Source: Planctomycetota bacterium
GTDB taxonomy: Bacteria; Planctomycetota; PLA2; JAEUHO01
Direction of reading: 5' to 3'
Assembly: GCA_965223505.1 (NCBI GenBank)
Contig: CBDCWP010000021.1
Coordinates: 1 to 64,000 of the forward strand
DNA: 64,000 nucleotides
Below are positions 30,646 through 40,321 of this stretch, in pieces. The position numbers and the translations under genes are program-made. A model generated the notes under the pieces. The model was not told the DNA's origin. It did no database searches and was given only the letters and a program-made list of their open reading frames with translations. Position 1 is the stretch's first letter; every line of letters starts with the position of its first letter.

Positions 30646-32517
30646 ATGTCCCGACGCCATCTTGCGACCCTGATTTGCCTGCTCTTGCCTCTTTGCCTGG
30701 GCGGCTTCGCCCTCGCCGAGGACGAGCCCGAGAACGAAGAGCCGAAAGCCGCCGACGACAAGGACCGCGCCGAGATCATCGCGATGGTCGATGAGCTGCG
30801 CAGCGTCGCCGCTGAGATCCGCGGCCTCGAGTGGAAGTTCAAGGTGCCGGCGGATCTGCTCACGCGCGAGCAGCTCGCCGCGAACCTCAAGAAGATGGTC
30901 AAGGAGGAGCTCACCCCGGAAGAGCTCGAGCGCGAAACGAAGGTCATTCGTCGCCTCGGGTTGATCTCCGAAGACGAAGACCCGCTCAAGATGGTCCTCG
31001 CGTTCCTCGAAGCGGGCGTCGGCGGCTACTTCGATCCCGACAAGAAGCGTCTCTTCATGATCGACGGGCTGAAGGGCGAAGCGCAGAAGCCGATCATCCT
31101 GCACGAGCTCATTCACGCGCTCGAAGACCAGTACATCGATCTCAAGAAGCGCACCGATCCGATCAAGTTCGATCCGGACCGCCTGTTCGCGGACAAGGTC
31201 CTCGTCGAAGGGTCGGCCGAGATGGCCCGCATCATCTACGAGAACAAGTTTCCGGACGCCGCGCGCGCGAACGTCGAGGGCAGCAACCGCGAGGGCGCCG
31301 GCAACCAGATGCAGGTGTTGCGGATCACGCCGCTCTTCCTGTTCCTCCCCACGATCCTGCACTACCGCACCGGACCGAACTTCGTGATGCACGCACTCGA
31401 GCCGGAGGAATACGCCCAGAAGATGACGGCGCTCTACGAGAATCCGCCCACGACGCAGGAACAGGCCCTGCACCCGTCGCGCTGGCTCGGCGAGAACAAG
31501 GACTACCCGCGCACCATCGTTTGGGGCGGCGACTTCGCCGCCGTCGCGGGCGAGGGCTGGACGAAGTTGCACGAGGTGCCCGTCGGCGAGCTCGACATGG
31601 CGCTGTACGTCGACTTCTTTCTCGGCGAGGACAACGGGCGGGCGACCGGACCGGACATGGCGCAGGGCAACTACGTCAGCGAAGAGTCCGTCGCCGTGGC
31701 GAACGGCTGGGACGCGGGCCGCAGCATCTTCATCGAGAACGGCGAGCGGATCGGTGTCATCGAGGGCTTCTCCTTCGACTCGCTCGACGACGCCAAGGAA
31801 GCGTACGACGCGTTCACGCGCTGCCTCGAGAAGGCCGGTGGGGACACGTGGAAGACCGAGGGCGTGGATCACGGCCTCGGCAAGCCGGCGGGCGAAGCGC
31901 CCGACGTCCAGGCGCTCGACTTCACGGACAAGCACGGCGCAGGGCGCATCCTTCTGCGCGGCGCCGAGCTCCTCATCGCGCACGGCTTCACCAAGGAAGA
32001 ACTCGGCAACGTCTGGACCTGCGTGCGCAAGACGAAGTTCGTCAAGGACGCGCGGGACACGGGCGACGAGAACGCGCGCATCGATCCCTTTGCCGGCTAC
32101 GACTTCGTCGATCGCGACCGCCTCTTCGGCGTGAAGCTCGTGGACGGCTGGAAGGCCGACGCGCCGCCGCCCGCCATGAGGGCGCAGATCCCGCTGGCGG
32201 TCACGATGGTGTCGAAGGGCGCCGCGACCATGCTCGTCATCCTGATCGACCAAGGACAGTCGGAAGCCGCGCTCACGCCGAGCATCGGCATGATCCTGAA
32301 GAACTTCGGGATCCAGGTCGACGAGACGAAGCTCGAGAAGAGCGTCGTGGCCGGCATGCCGGGCGTCGCGTACCCCTTCATGGGACAGACGTTCCATCTC
32401 GCAAGCGACGGGGTGCGGACGCTCCTCGTTCGAGAGATGGGAACCGCGGCCGACGCGGCGACCGCCGACGAGGCCAAGCAGATCCTGAAGAACATGAAGG
32501 CCATCCTGGGCTATTGA
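30646..32517 (+). CDS. Secreted zincin-like metallopeptidase domain protein
   Basis: Signal peptide; IRGLEWK, GGYFDP, ILHELIHALEDQ, VEGSA, PPTTQEQALHP. Confidence 0.75.
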   Translation: MSRRHLATLICLLLPLCLGGFALAEDEPENEEPKAADDKDRAEIIAMVDELRSVAAEIRGLEWKFKVPADLLTREQLAANLKKMVKEELTPEELERETKVIRRLGLISEDEDPLKMVLAFLEAGVGGYFDPDKKRLFMIDGLKGEAQKPIILHELIHALEDQYIDLKKRTDPIKFDPDRLFADKVLVEGSAEMARIIYENKFPDAARANVEGSNREGAGNQMQVLRITPLFLFLPTILHYRTGPNFVMHALEPEEYAQKMTALYENPPTTQEQALHPSRWLGENKDYPRTIVWGGDFAAVAGEGWTKLHEVPVGELDMALYVDFFLGEDNGRATGPDMAQGNYVSEESVAVANGWDAGRSIFIENGERIGVIEGFSFDSLDDAKEAYDAFTRCLEKAGGDTWKTEGVDHGLGKPAGEAPDVQALDFTDKHGAGRILLRGAELLIAHGFTKEELGNVWTCVRKTKFVKDARDTGDENARIDPFAGYDFVDRDRLFGVKLVDGWKADAPPPAMRAQIPLAVTMVSKGAATMLVILIDQGQSEAALTPSIGMILKNFGIQVDETKLEKSVVAGMPGVAYPFMGQTFHLASDGVRTLLVREMGTAADAATADEAKQILKNMKAILGY

Positions 32518-33767
32518 ATCGACTCGCACTCCCGTTCGTCCTCGCCCTCGTCCTCTGCGCGCCTCAGGACGGTCGCGGTGAGGAGGAGCCGGGCCTCTGG
32601 CAAGGGTCGAATCGCGTCGCGCTGAAGGACGGGCTCACGTCCGACAGCACGGGCCTTTGGATCTCACGGCGGGATCTGGCGGACGGGCTGCGGGTCCACG
32701 CCAAACGCCTGATTCCGTCGGTGCAGGACAAGCCGAAGCGCAACGAGAGGCGCCGCGCCGACGCCTGGGTCCTTTGCTTCGAACGCTTCTGCACCCGCTA
32801 CGACGAACCCACGCGGGGCGTGACGGGGAGCGAGACGTTCAACATCCGCAAGATCGCGCGCGGTCTCGGCTTCCGGCTGCGCGAGGTCGAGGGCGGGTGG
32901 CGCGTCGACGCGTCGGCCCGGCGCGCGGCCCCGGCGCGAGGACGCCCGGGCGAGCGCGTTCCGCCGCTGCGGTTCCGGATGCTCGACGGATCGACGCGGG
33001 ACACGTACGAGCGGCCGGGACAGCGGCTGTTGATGGTCGTGTGGTCGCCGTGGTCCACGTCGCGCAAGCACGTGGGAACCTGGGTGTCGCAGGCGAAGGC
33101 GCGCAAGCTGGACGTGCTGGCCGTGGCCGTCGACCTCGAGGGCGAGCCGCGCGTGCGTCCCTACGCGCCGCCCGACGCGGACGGCGACGTGGCACTCGAC
33201 CCCACGGGCCAGGTGCTTCAAGGCTTCGGCTTGGCGACCGTCGATCGGTGGATCCTGATCGACGAGCTGGGACTTCACCGCGCGTCGGGCCCCCTCGATC
33301 GGCCGGGGGACTGGCTCTGGATCGACCGGCACCTCGCGGAGTCCAAGGCGCCGGCGCCGCCGAAGCCCGAGCGCCCCTTCGAAGGTGTGGGCGTCGAAGC
33401 GCTGCGCGAGATCGTGCGCCGCTCGCCGCGTGACTTCCGTGCGAAGCTCGCATTGGTGAGCGCGCTCCCCGCTGCGAGTCGCGAGGAGGCCGCGACCCTG
33501 TTGCGGGAGCTCATCGCGAAGCAACCGCGCGACATGAGTCTGATCCTGAGGCTGGCCAAGCTGTCGATGGACGCGAACGATCGCGGCGAGGCCGTACGCA
33601 TCCTGGATGCGGCGCGCCGGCTGAATCCCGCGCGCTTGCCGCTGCGGCGTCAGTTCTGGGCGCTCGCGTACCCGGAGCGGTTCTACGACGGCGAGATCGA
33701 CACCGCCTGGCAGAAGACGCAGAGGAAGGCCGAAGACGAAGAGTGGGGCTGGGTGAAGAAGAGGTAG
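32514..33767 (+). CDS. Secreted thioredoxin-fold (ResA/TlpA-like) plus TPR protein lacking active-site Cys
   Basis: TTGA-coupled start; PGERVPPLRF..LDG, WSPWSTSR, VLAVAVD, LDPTG, WILIDE.G; TPR-like end RRQFWALAYPERFY. Confidence 0.7.
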   Translation: MNRLALPFVLALVLCAPQDGRGEEEPGLWQGSNRVALKDGLTSDSTGLWISRRDLADGLRVHAKRLIPSVQDKPKRNERRRADAWVLCFERFCTRYDEPTRGVTGSETFNIRKIARGLGFRLREVEGGWRVDASARRAAPARGRPGERVPPLRFRMLDGSTRDTYERPGQRLLMVVWSPWSTSRKHVGTWVSQAKARKLDVLAVAVDLEGEPRVRPYAPPDADGDVALDPTGQVLQGFGLATVDRWILIDELGLHRASGPLDRPGDWLWIDRHLAESKAPAPPKPERPFEGVGVEALREIVRRSPRDFRAKLALVSALPAASREEAATLLRELIAKQPRDMSLILRLAKLSMDANDRGEAVRILDAARRLNPARLPLRRQFWALAYPERFYDGEIDTAWQKTQRKAEDEEWGWVKKR

Positions 33768-33789
33768 GGCGACTCGGGGGACGCGGGCT

Positions 33790-33873
33790 GTAGGGGCAGC
33801 CCTCGTGGCTGCCCAATTGGGCCACCACGAGGGTCGCCCCAACCAATTGCGCGACGAGGAGGGTCGCCCCTAC
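33790..33873. repeat. REP cluster between convergent genes
   Basis: GTAGGGGCAGCCCTCGTGGCTGCCC, GGGCCACCACGAGGGTCGCCCC, GCGACGAGGAGGGTCGCCCCTAC. Confidence 0.82.
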
Positions 33874-34142
33874 AAGTCGCCGAGCCGCTGAATCGAGGCG
33901 ACGGATTCGCGGGGCACCAGGATCCGGTCGTGGGTCTTCCAGATCCCGAAGCGCGCCGCCTTCTGCAAGTACTCGGACTTGGACGGTGCGTCGCCGCCCT
34001 CCTCGTGAACCGCAGCATCGAGCAGGATCACGCCCTCGGGCGTGATCGTGTCGCAGCGGCCGACGAAGACCTGCGGCCCCTCGGTGTCGACGACGACGGT
34101 GATGCCGTGCAGCTCGCCCTTGTCGTGGTGAAACGTGCCCAT
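33870..34142 (-). CDS. Small hypothetical protein, possible Sm-like fold
   Basis: 90 aa, MGTFHHDKGELHGITVVVDT..VFVGR..VILLDA..ILVP..V.SI; directly downstream of bacilliredoxin. Confidence 0.7.
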   Translation of the reverse strand: MGTFHHDKGELHGITVVVDTEGPQVFVGRCDTITPEGVILLDAAVHEEGGDAPSKSEYLQKAARFGIWKTHDRILVPRESVASIQRLGDL

Positions 34143-34156
34143 GTCGGCGCGTCGCG

Positions 34157-34573
34157 CTAGGCGCAATGCTGGTCGAAGACGGTCACGAGATCGAACGCGA
34201 TCGACTGTGCGTCCCGGCTCTCGATCATGTGCCGAGGGACGAAGTGAACGAGCTCCGTGCCCGTGAACAGCATCGCGGATGGGCTGCTCGGCGGCACGTC
34301 GGCGGCGTAGCTGCGCGCCTTCGCGGTCGCCTCGACGTCCTGTCCCGCGAACACCGTCGCGACGTGGTCGGGCCGGTTCTCGTGCTGCATGGCGATGCGC
34401 AGCGCGGGCCGCGCCTGTCCGGCGGCGCAACCGCAGACGGAGTTGATGAAGATCAGCTTGGTGCCTTCGCGAGCCATGAACGCCTCGACCTGCGACGCGT
34501 CGACGAGCTCTTCGATTCCCATCGCGGTGACTTCTTCGCGCATCGGCTGGACGAGGACCGGGTCGTAGGGCAT
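34157..34573 (-). CDS. BrxA/BrxB-family bacilliredoxin
   Basis: LVQPMREE, INSVCGCAAG.ARP, TVFAGQD.EAT, PPSSPS. Confidence 0.93.
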   Translation of the reverse strand: MPYDPVLVQPMREEVTAMGIEELVDASQVEAFMAREGTKLIFINSVCGCAAGQARPALRIAMQHENRPDHVATVFAGQDVEATAKARSYAADVPPSSPSAMLFTGTELVHFVPRHMIESRDAQSIAFDLVTVFDQHCA

Positions 34574-34690
34574 GACGCTCTCTCCGTTGTTGGACGAGCG
34601 CTCATTGTAGTCAGCGGCCCGCGAGCGGCCCCGCGCGGTCAGACCGTCCGGCCAGGCCTTCCGCCGCGGCCGGGCATCCGGTGCCCCCGG

Positions 34691-35518
34691 TCAGTCTTCG
34701 CCGACGAGCTGGCGGAGCACCTCTTCGGCCTCGGAGCGCGGCTCGGTCAGCGGCGCGCGCTTGACGAATTCGGATACGACCGGGTCGTCGAAGTTCACGA
34801 GCTCGTCGTAGGTGCCGCTGAAGACCACCTGCGCGCCGCCGGCTCGCGGCGCGAGCATGGTGATGCGGTCCGCGATGATCTTCACCGACTCCATCTCGTG
34901 CGTCACGACGACGATCGCCATGTTGAAGGCCTGGTTGAGGTTGCGAATCAGATCGTCGATGCCGCGGCCGATGCGCGGGTCGAGGCCGGCGGACGGCTCG
35001 TCGCAGAACAGCACCTGCGGATCCATGGCGATCGCGCGCGCGAACGCAACGCGCTTGACCTGGCCGCCCGACAGCTGGCTGGGGAGCCGGTCCTCGAAGC
35101 CCGAGAGCCGTACGAGACCGAGCTTCATGCGGACGGAGATGTCGATGATCTTCGGATCGAGCTGCGAGTGCTCGATGAGCGGCAAGGAGACGTTCTCGAA
35201 CACGGTCATGGAACCGAAGAGCGCGCCCGATTGATACACCATTCCGATGCGCTTGTAGACCTTGTCGATCTCTCGTTGCGGCGCGTTGACCATGTCGACG
35301 CCCAACACCTTCACGCTTCCGGAGACGGGCTTCAGGATGCCCAACAGGCACTTGAGCAGCGTCGACTTGCCTGAGCCGCTTCCCCCGAGAATGATCATGA
35401 CCTCGCCGCGATGGACGGTCATGCTGACGCCGTTCAAGATGACCTGCTCGTCGTAGCGCACGACGAGGTCGCGCACCTCTACGACGGGATCCCCTTGTGT
35501 CGGTTGCTTTTCGCTCAC
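34691..35518 (-). CDS. ABC transporter ATP-binding protein (MlaF/Mkl type)
   Basis: GGSGSGKS, QSGALFGSMTV.ENV, LSGGQVKRV, DEPSAGLDP, VTHEM. Confidence 0.9.
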   Translation of the reverse strand: MSEKQPTQGDPVVEVRDLVVRYDEQVILNGVSMTVHRGEVMIILGGSGSGKSTLLKCLLGILKPVSGSVKVLGVDMVNAPQREIDKVYKRIGMVYQSGALFGSMTVFENVSLPLIEHSQLDPKIIDISVRMKLGLVRLSGFEDRLPSQLSGGQVKRVAFARAIAMDPQVLFCDEPSAGLDPRIGRGIDDLIRNLNQAFNMAIVVVTHEMESVKIIADRITMLAPRAGGAQVVFSGTYDELVNFDDPVVSEFVKRAPLTEPRSEAEEVLRQLVGED

Positions 35519-35621
35519 GCGAGGATCTTATCCCAAACGCGCACCCGACGCAGATCACCGTTGACCTGCGCCTGACCATCGCTAGCCTCGGTATGGATTG
35601 GCGTGTTGTGGCGGGAGAGAG

Positions 35622-38288
35622 ATGGGCGAGCCGCCGGGTAGCTCACCGAGTGACTTCGAGGGCACGGACCTCGCCCGGATCGGCACCGCCGCGCTCGGCA
35701 AGACGCTGGACGTCCCCGCGCTCGCGGAAGCCGTACACGAGTTCAGCAACCGCGAGCCCGGCGCGGACTCGCCGCAGGTGCTCGGCAAGTTCCTCCGACA
35801 GATCGGCGACGCGCTCCATGCGTCGTGCGCCGCGCTGTGCTTGTTGTCGGCCGAGCGCACCCACGCCGATCTGATTCTCGTCTACGGCACGCCGCCCCCG
35901 GCGAGCCACCTGGGCTCGCCGCCGTTTCACGAGTTCGGTGAACCCTGGCCCGGCGTGCGCGCCACGGAAGGACCGCCGCCCGACGTCCTGGCCTACGTCT
36001 GCGCTCAACCGCTCCCGGTCGCCGGCGTTGCCGGCGTCGCGGGCATTCCGCAGGTGAGCGGCGAGTGGGGCGCGGTCGCATCGTGCATCGGGGGCGTGAT
36101 TCCCGGCGCCGGCGGGCCGCGCGGCGCGATCTTTCTCGGGCGCGCACCGGACGCGGCGCCCTTCGCGCCCGAAGTAGCGGCGGTGGTCTCGTCGCTCGGC
36201 TCGGTCATCGCGCTGTACGCGCAGTACGCGCGGTTGCGACGCGCATCGGATCAACAGACCCACCGCGAGGGCAGCCTGACCGAGGTCGCAGCCGCGTGCA
36301 TCGAGGCCTCGGATCCCCCGCCCTACGCGTTGGCGCAGCAGACGGTGTGCGACATTCTCAAGGCCGATGCCGTCGAGATCTGGGTGACGCGCGACGGCGC
36401 GCGCAGTCTGCGGCTCGTCGCTTCCCGGCACATCCCCGAGGGTCGCGTCGGCATGTTCGTCCCGTCGGCGGCCAATGCATCGCTGCCGGGGTACGCGCTC
36501 GCCAGCCGGAAGTTCCTCCAGGTCCCGAACCTGTCGACGGAACGACGATTTCCCGCCGGCGACAACATCCTGAACGCGGGAATGGGCTCCGCGGCCGCCG
36601 CGCCGCTCGTCGCGGCCGGAGCGCCGTTCGGCGCCATGTGCGCCTACTTTCGCGGGCACGTCGAAGTGAGTGACGCGGACACGCGATATCTGCAAAGCGT
36701 GGCGGACCTGCTCGCCGGCGCCTTGGCACGGCGCCGCGCGGAAACGGAGCGCCGCCACAACGAAGCCGTCCTGCAGGACGTGATCACCCGCAGTCCCGTG
36801 CCGTTGATCGTCTACGACGATCACGAGCGCATGGTCGCAAGCAGCGATCTCATCTGGGAGATCACGGGGCACGATCCGAGCGACGTGCACGATCTGTCCG
36901 ACTGGTTCCTGCTCGCCCACCCGGACGAGGTCCAGCGCTATCGCGTCCGCTCGGCGTTGGACTGCGTGCAGCGCGAAGCGAAAGACGTCCGCGCCGTCGG
37001 CGACTTCGAGATCTCGTGCGCCGACGAGTCGACTCGGCACTGGAAGCTGGTCTTGAATCCGGTCACCCGCGACGACGAACATCCGCTGTACTTCATGGCG
37101 GGGCTGGACATCACCGAAGAGCGCCGCGCCCAGTCGCATCTTCGCCAAGCGCAGAAGCTGGAAGCGGTCGGGCGGCTCGCCGGCGGCATCGCGCACGACT
37201 TCAACAACCTCCTGACGGTCATCAGCGGGTACGTCGACATCGCAATCGGCAAGCTGGCGGAGGACCACGCGGCGCGGCCGCCGCTGGCCGAGGTCGCGCT
37301 GGCGGCGGACCGCGCGAGCCAGCTGACGGAGCGACTGCTGGCGTTCTCGCGTCGCCAAAGCCTCGATCCGGAACCGCTCGACCTCAACGAGCTCGTTCGC
37401 AGCCTGCTCGGGCTGATGCGGCGGCTCATCGGCGAGAGCATCGAGTGGAAGCTCCAGCTGCGACATCCGCTGCCGCTCGTCCGCGCCGACCACGCCGGGC
37501 TCGAGCAGGTCCTCATCAACCTCGTCCTGAACGCGCGCGACGCGATGGAGGACACGGGTTCGATCGCGATCGGTTCACAGCCGGTGCCCGCCGGAAGTGC
37601 TCCGCCGCTCGTCGGCGGTCCGCCGCTGGACGTGGACCACGTCATGCTGTCGGTGTCGGACACCGGCTGCGGCATGCCGCCCGAGATCATGCGGCGGGTG
37701 TTCGAGCCGTTCTTCACGACGAAGGAGCGGGGTGCAGGCACGGGACTCGGGCTGGCCAACGCCTACGCCACCGTCCGGCAGTCCGAGGGCGACATTCGCG
37801 CGACGAGCGAGGTCGGCAAGGGCACGACTTTCGGCGTCCTGCTCCCCGCGACGGCCGAAGATCGCCGGTCCGTTGCGCCCATCGAGAGCGGCGCGCCTCG
37901 CCGAGGAACGGAGACCGTCCTCATCGCGGAAGATCGCAGGCCCATCCGGGATCTGGCTCGCGCGACGCTGGAGGACCTGGGCTACACGGTCCTCTCGGCC
38001 GTGGACGGGATCGCTGCCCTCGAGGTCGCGGCAAGCCACGAAGGTCGCATCGATCTCCTCGTGACGGATGTGATCATGCCGCGCATGGGCGGCGCGCGGC
38101 TGGCGGAGAAGCTGCGCGACGCACGGCCGGGACTCAAGGTGCTCTTCGCCTCCGGCTATCCGGGCACCGAGTTCCCCCATGCGAAGTCGCCCGCACACGA
38201 CGAAGCGGTGCTGCGCAAGCCCTTCACGTCGTCGGAGTTGGGGCGACGCGTCCGCGCGGCGCTCGACGACGGCGAACCCGTGGCGTAG
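35622..38288 (+). CDS. Hybrid sensor histidine kinase (GAF-GAF-PAS-HisKA-HATPase-REC)
   Basis: AGGIAHDFNNLL, NLVLNARDAM, DTGCGM, FEPFFTTK..GTGLGL, receiver TDVIMP..SGY..KPF. Confidence 0.93.
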   Translation: MGEPPGSSPSDFEGTDLARIGTAALGKTLDVPALAEAVHEFSNREPGADSPQVLGKFLRQIGDALHASCAALCLLSAERTHADLILVYGTPPPASHLGSPPFHEFGEPWPGVRATEGPPPDVLAYVCAQPLPVAGVAGVAGIPQVSGEWGAVASCIGGVIPGAGGPRGAIFLGRAPDAAPFAPEVAAVVSSLGSVIALYAQYARLRRASDQQTHREGSLTEVAAACIEASDPPPYALAQQTVCDILKADAVEIWVTRDGARSLRLVASRHIPEGRVGMFVPSAANASLPGYALASRKFLQVPNLSTERRFPAGDNILNAGMGSAAAAPLVAAGAPFGAMCAYFRGHVEVSDADTRYLQSVADLLAGALARRRAETERRHNEAVLQDVITRSPVPLIVYDDHERMVASSDLIWEITGHDPSDVHDLSDWFLLAHPDEVQRYRVRSALDCVQREAKDVRAVGDFEISCADESTRHWKLVLNPVTRDDEHPLYFMAGLDITEERRAQSHLRQAQKLEAVGRLAGGIAHDFNNLLTVISGYVDIAIGKLAEDHAARPPLAEVALAADRASQLTERLLAFSRRQSLDPEPLDLNELVRSLLGLMRRLIGESIEWKLQLRHPLPLVRADHAGLEQVLINLVLNARDAMEDTGSIAIGSQPVPAGSAPPLVGGPPLDVDHVMLSVSDTGCGMPPEIMRRVFEPFFTTKERGAGTGLGLANAYATVRQSEGDIRATSEVGKGTTFGVLLPATAEDRRSVAPIESGAPRRGTETVLIAEDRRPIRDLARATLEDLGYTVLSAVDGIAALEVAASHEGRIDLLVTDVIMPRMGGARLAEKLRDARPGLKVLFASGYPGTEFPHAKSPAHDEAVLRKPFTSSELGRRVRAALDDGEPVA

Positions 38289-38458
38289 GGCCCACGAGAG
38301 CGGAGCGGTCGGCAAGCGCCGTCGCGCATCCGGCAAGCCGCATGCCCGCGCGGATCCGCCAACCGACCTGCAACCGACCTCGATAACGTGGCCGTCTCGC
38401 GGATCGGCCGCGCTATCTTTGGGTCGTGCGGGCCGGGTGCCCTTGTCGAGGAGCCGTC

Positions 38459-39841
38459 ATGCCTCAACTTCACGACGAGACCTTCGCGAACGCATTGCGC
38501 AATGCCGCGGGGTTCGGCGAGCCGCCCGCGTCGCCCGAGGAGCGGCTGAACGACATCCCGTCGATCGAGTCGCTGGGAGACCTGCCGTCCGGAACGCCCG
38601 TCTGGATCCGGGCGGATCTCGACGTCGCCGATCGGGACGGCGTCATCGGAGACGATCCGCGTTTGGCGAGCCTGAACGAGACGTTGGCGTTCGGTCGCGA
38701 GCACGGCTGGCGCATGCTCTTGCTCGGCCACCGCGGACGCACGCCGGAGAAGACGCTGGAGTACGTGCACCACAAGCTCAAAGAGCTCGAGCCCGGCGCG
38801 GGTCCGTTCATCAAGGACTGGTTCGACGAGCACGCGGAGACCCTGACCGGCATCGCGGTCAAGGCGGTGGAGAGCCTCAAGCCCGGCCAGTGGCTGATGT
38901 TCGAGAACGTTCGCCAGTACGGGTTCGAGACGCGCATGTGGAACGCCGTCGAGGCGCAGGTGAACGAGGTCGCGGATCACTTCGAACGCATCGCGTCGGC
39001 GATGCGCGAGGGCGCGACGGTGTACGTGAACGACGCGATCGCGGCCTCGAACAAGGACTTCTCCAGCATCGCGTTGCCGCTGGCCATGGGCCGGGTCGCC
39101 TTGGGCGCGTTCACGCGCCGCGAGCTCGCGGAGCACGTCGTGCGCGCGCGCGAGGCGGGTCTCGTGTGCTTCTCGGGGATGAAGCTCGACAAGCTCAAGG
39201 ACTTGCACCGGATCGTCCGGCGCGGCGAGGTCGAGATGATCATCGCGGGCGGAGGTCTGGCGATGGCCCTTCGCCGTGCGCGCGGCGAGCTCGAAGGAGA
39301 AGACCTCTCGATCGGCGCGGCCGGCGACCCGGTGAACAAGGACGAGAAGGCGTTCGTGCCGGCGTCGGCGATCGAGAAGGCGCGTCAGCTCCTGAAGGAC
39401 GCGGCGGCCGCCGGCATCGAGGTGGTCCTGCCGATCGACTTCGTACTGGACGACGGCACGACGGCGGACGACATCCCGCCGGACGCCTGGCAGCGCGACA
39501 TCGGACCGAAGACGCGCACCCTGTTCGAAGAGGAGGCGCTGCGCTGGGCGTCGGAGACGAAGAAGCGCGTCGGCTTCTACAACGGCGTGATGGGTCAGTT
39601 CGAGAACTCGTCGTTCGCGGGCGGCACGGAGTCGATCATCGAGACGCTGAAGAAGCTCCAGGCGGCGGGCATCGCGATGTATGTCGGCGGCGGCGAGGGC
39701 CGGGCCGCGCTCGAGCGCTACGCGACGCTGGGGGACGTGACACACGCGTTCACGGCCGGCGGGACGATCTTGAAGTGTCTGGCCGGTCGGCCGCTGCCGT
39801 TCGTGGAGACCATCTACGCCCAGGTGACGGCGCAGGAGTAG
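38459..39841 (+). CDS. pgk: Phosphoglycerate kinase-like protein (divergent)
   Basis: IRADLDV, GHRGR, FENVR, YVNDA, GGG, LPIDFV, DIGPKT, NGVMGQFE..FAGGT, VGGGE, FTAGG. Confidence 0.8.
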   Translation: MPQLHDETFANALRNAAGFGEPPASPEERLNDIPSIESLGDLPSGTPVWIRADLDVADRDGVIGDDPRLASLNETLAFGREHGWRMLLLGHRGRTPEKTLEYVHHKLKELEPGAGPFIKDWFDEHAETLTGIAVKAVESLKPGQWLMFENVRQYGFETRMWNAVEAQVNEVADHFERIASAMREGATVYVNDAIAASNKDFSSIALPLAMGRVALGAFTRRELAEHVVRAREAGLVCFSGMKLDKLKDLHRIVRRGEVEMIIAGGGLAMALRRARGELEGEDLSIGAAGDPVNKDEKAFVPASAIEKARQLLKDAAAAGIEVVLPIDFVLDDGTTADDIPPDAWQRDIGPKTRTLFEEEALRWASETKKRVGFYNGVMGQFENSSFAGGTESIIETLKKLQAAGIAMYVGGGEGRAALERYATLGDVTHAFTAGGTILKCLAGRPLPFVETIYAQVTAQE

Positions 39842-39842
39842 G

Positions 39843-39920
39843 GCGCCGCCGAGAGCTGGCGAGGAGCGCGTCCGCGCGACTCGGTGGATCGACCTACCAA
39901 GCGATACGAAGTGGTGGAGC
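39843..39920. repeat. Direct repeat copy containing the tRNA 3' end (GCTCCACCA) and trailer
   Basis: About 78-bp repeat of 40045-40122 (202-bp period); last 29 bp identical. Confidence 0.85.
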
Positions 39921-39962
39921 GGTCGCCCCCAGCCTCCGGGAGCCCGGTCGAACGGGATCGGC

Positions 39963-40025
39963 TCGCCAGGTCGAAGGCGCCGCAAAGCCGACGAGGAGGC
40001 CGCGTGGTCGTCCACGCAACGACGA
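39963..40025 (-). repeat. Dispersed structured repeat (copy 2)
   Basis: 55/63 identity to 7805-7867. Confidence 0.75.
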
Positions 40026-40113
40026 GAGCGAAGTAGTCGGCGCAGCGCCGCCGAGAGCTGGCGAGCAGCGCGTCCGCGCGAATCGATGACCCAACCTACC
40101 AAGCGATACGAAG

Positions 40114-40189
40114 TGGTGGAGCTGAGGGGAGTCGAACCCCTTACCTCGTCATTGCGAACGACGCGCTCTACCAGGTGAGCTACAGCCCC
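40114..40189 (-). tRNA. tRNA-Ala (anticodon CGC)
   Basis: GGGGCTGTAGCTCACCTGGTAGAGCGCGTCGTTCGCAATGACGAGGTAAGGGGTTCGACTCCCCTCAGCTCCACCA, 76 nt cloverleaf, G3:U70 pair, encoded CCA. Confidence 0.97.
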
Positions 40190-40321
40190 ACTTCGTAGGT
40201 CGGGGGAGGACGGTACCTCCGAGGCACCGGGGGTCAAGGGGCGGGGCCAGTCGCCGGCTCGGTCGGCGCCAGGGCAGACGCGGGACCGGGCCGGGGCGCA
40301 GGAAACGGGACTTCGCGTCCG

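Noticed and set aside
33042..33065. Selenocysteine readthrough in the redoxin
   Set aside because: No in-frame TGA; the positions are Ser codons
39843..40122. Possible CRISPR mini-array
   Set aside because: Only two long imperfect copies, containing a tRNA 3' end; no cas genes
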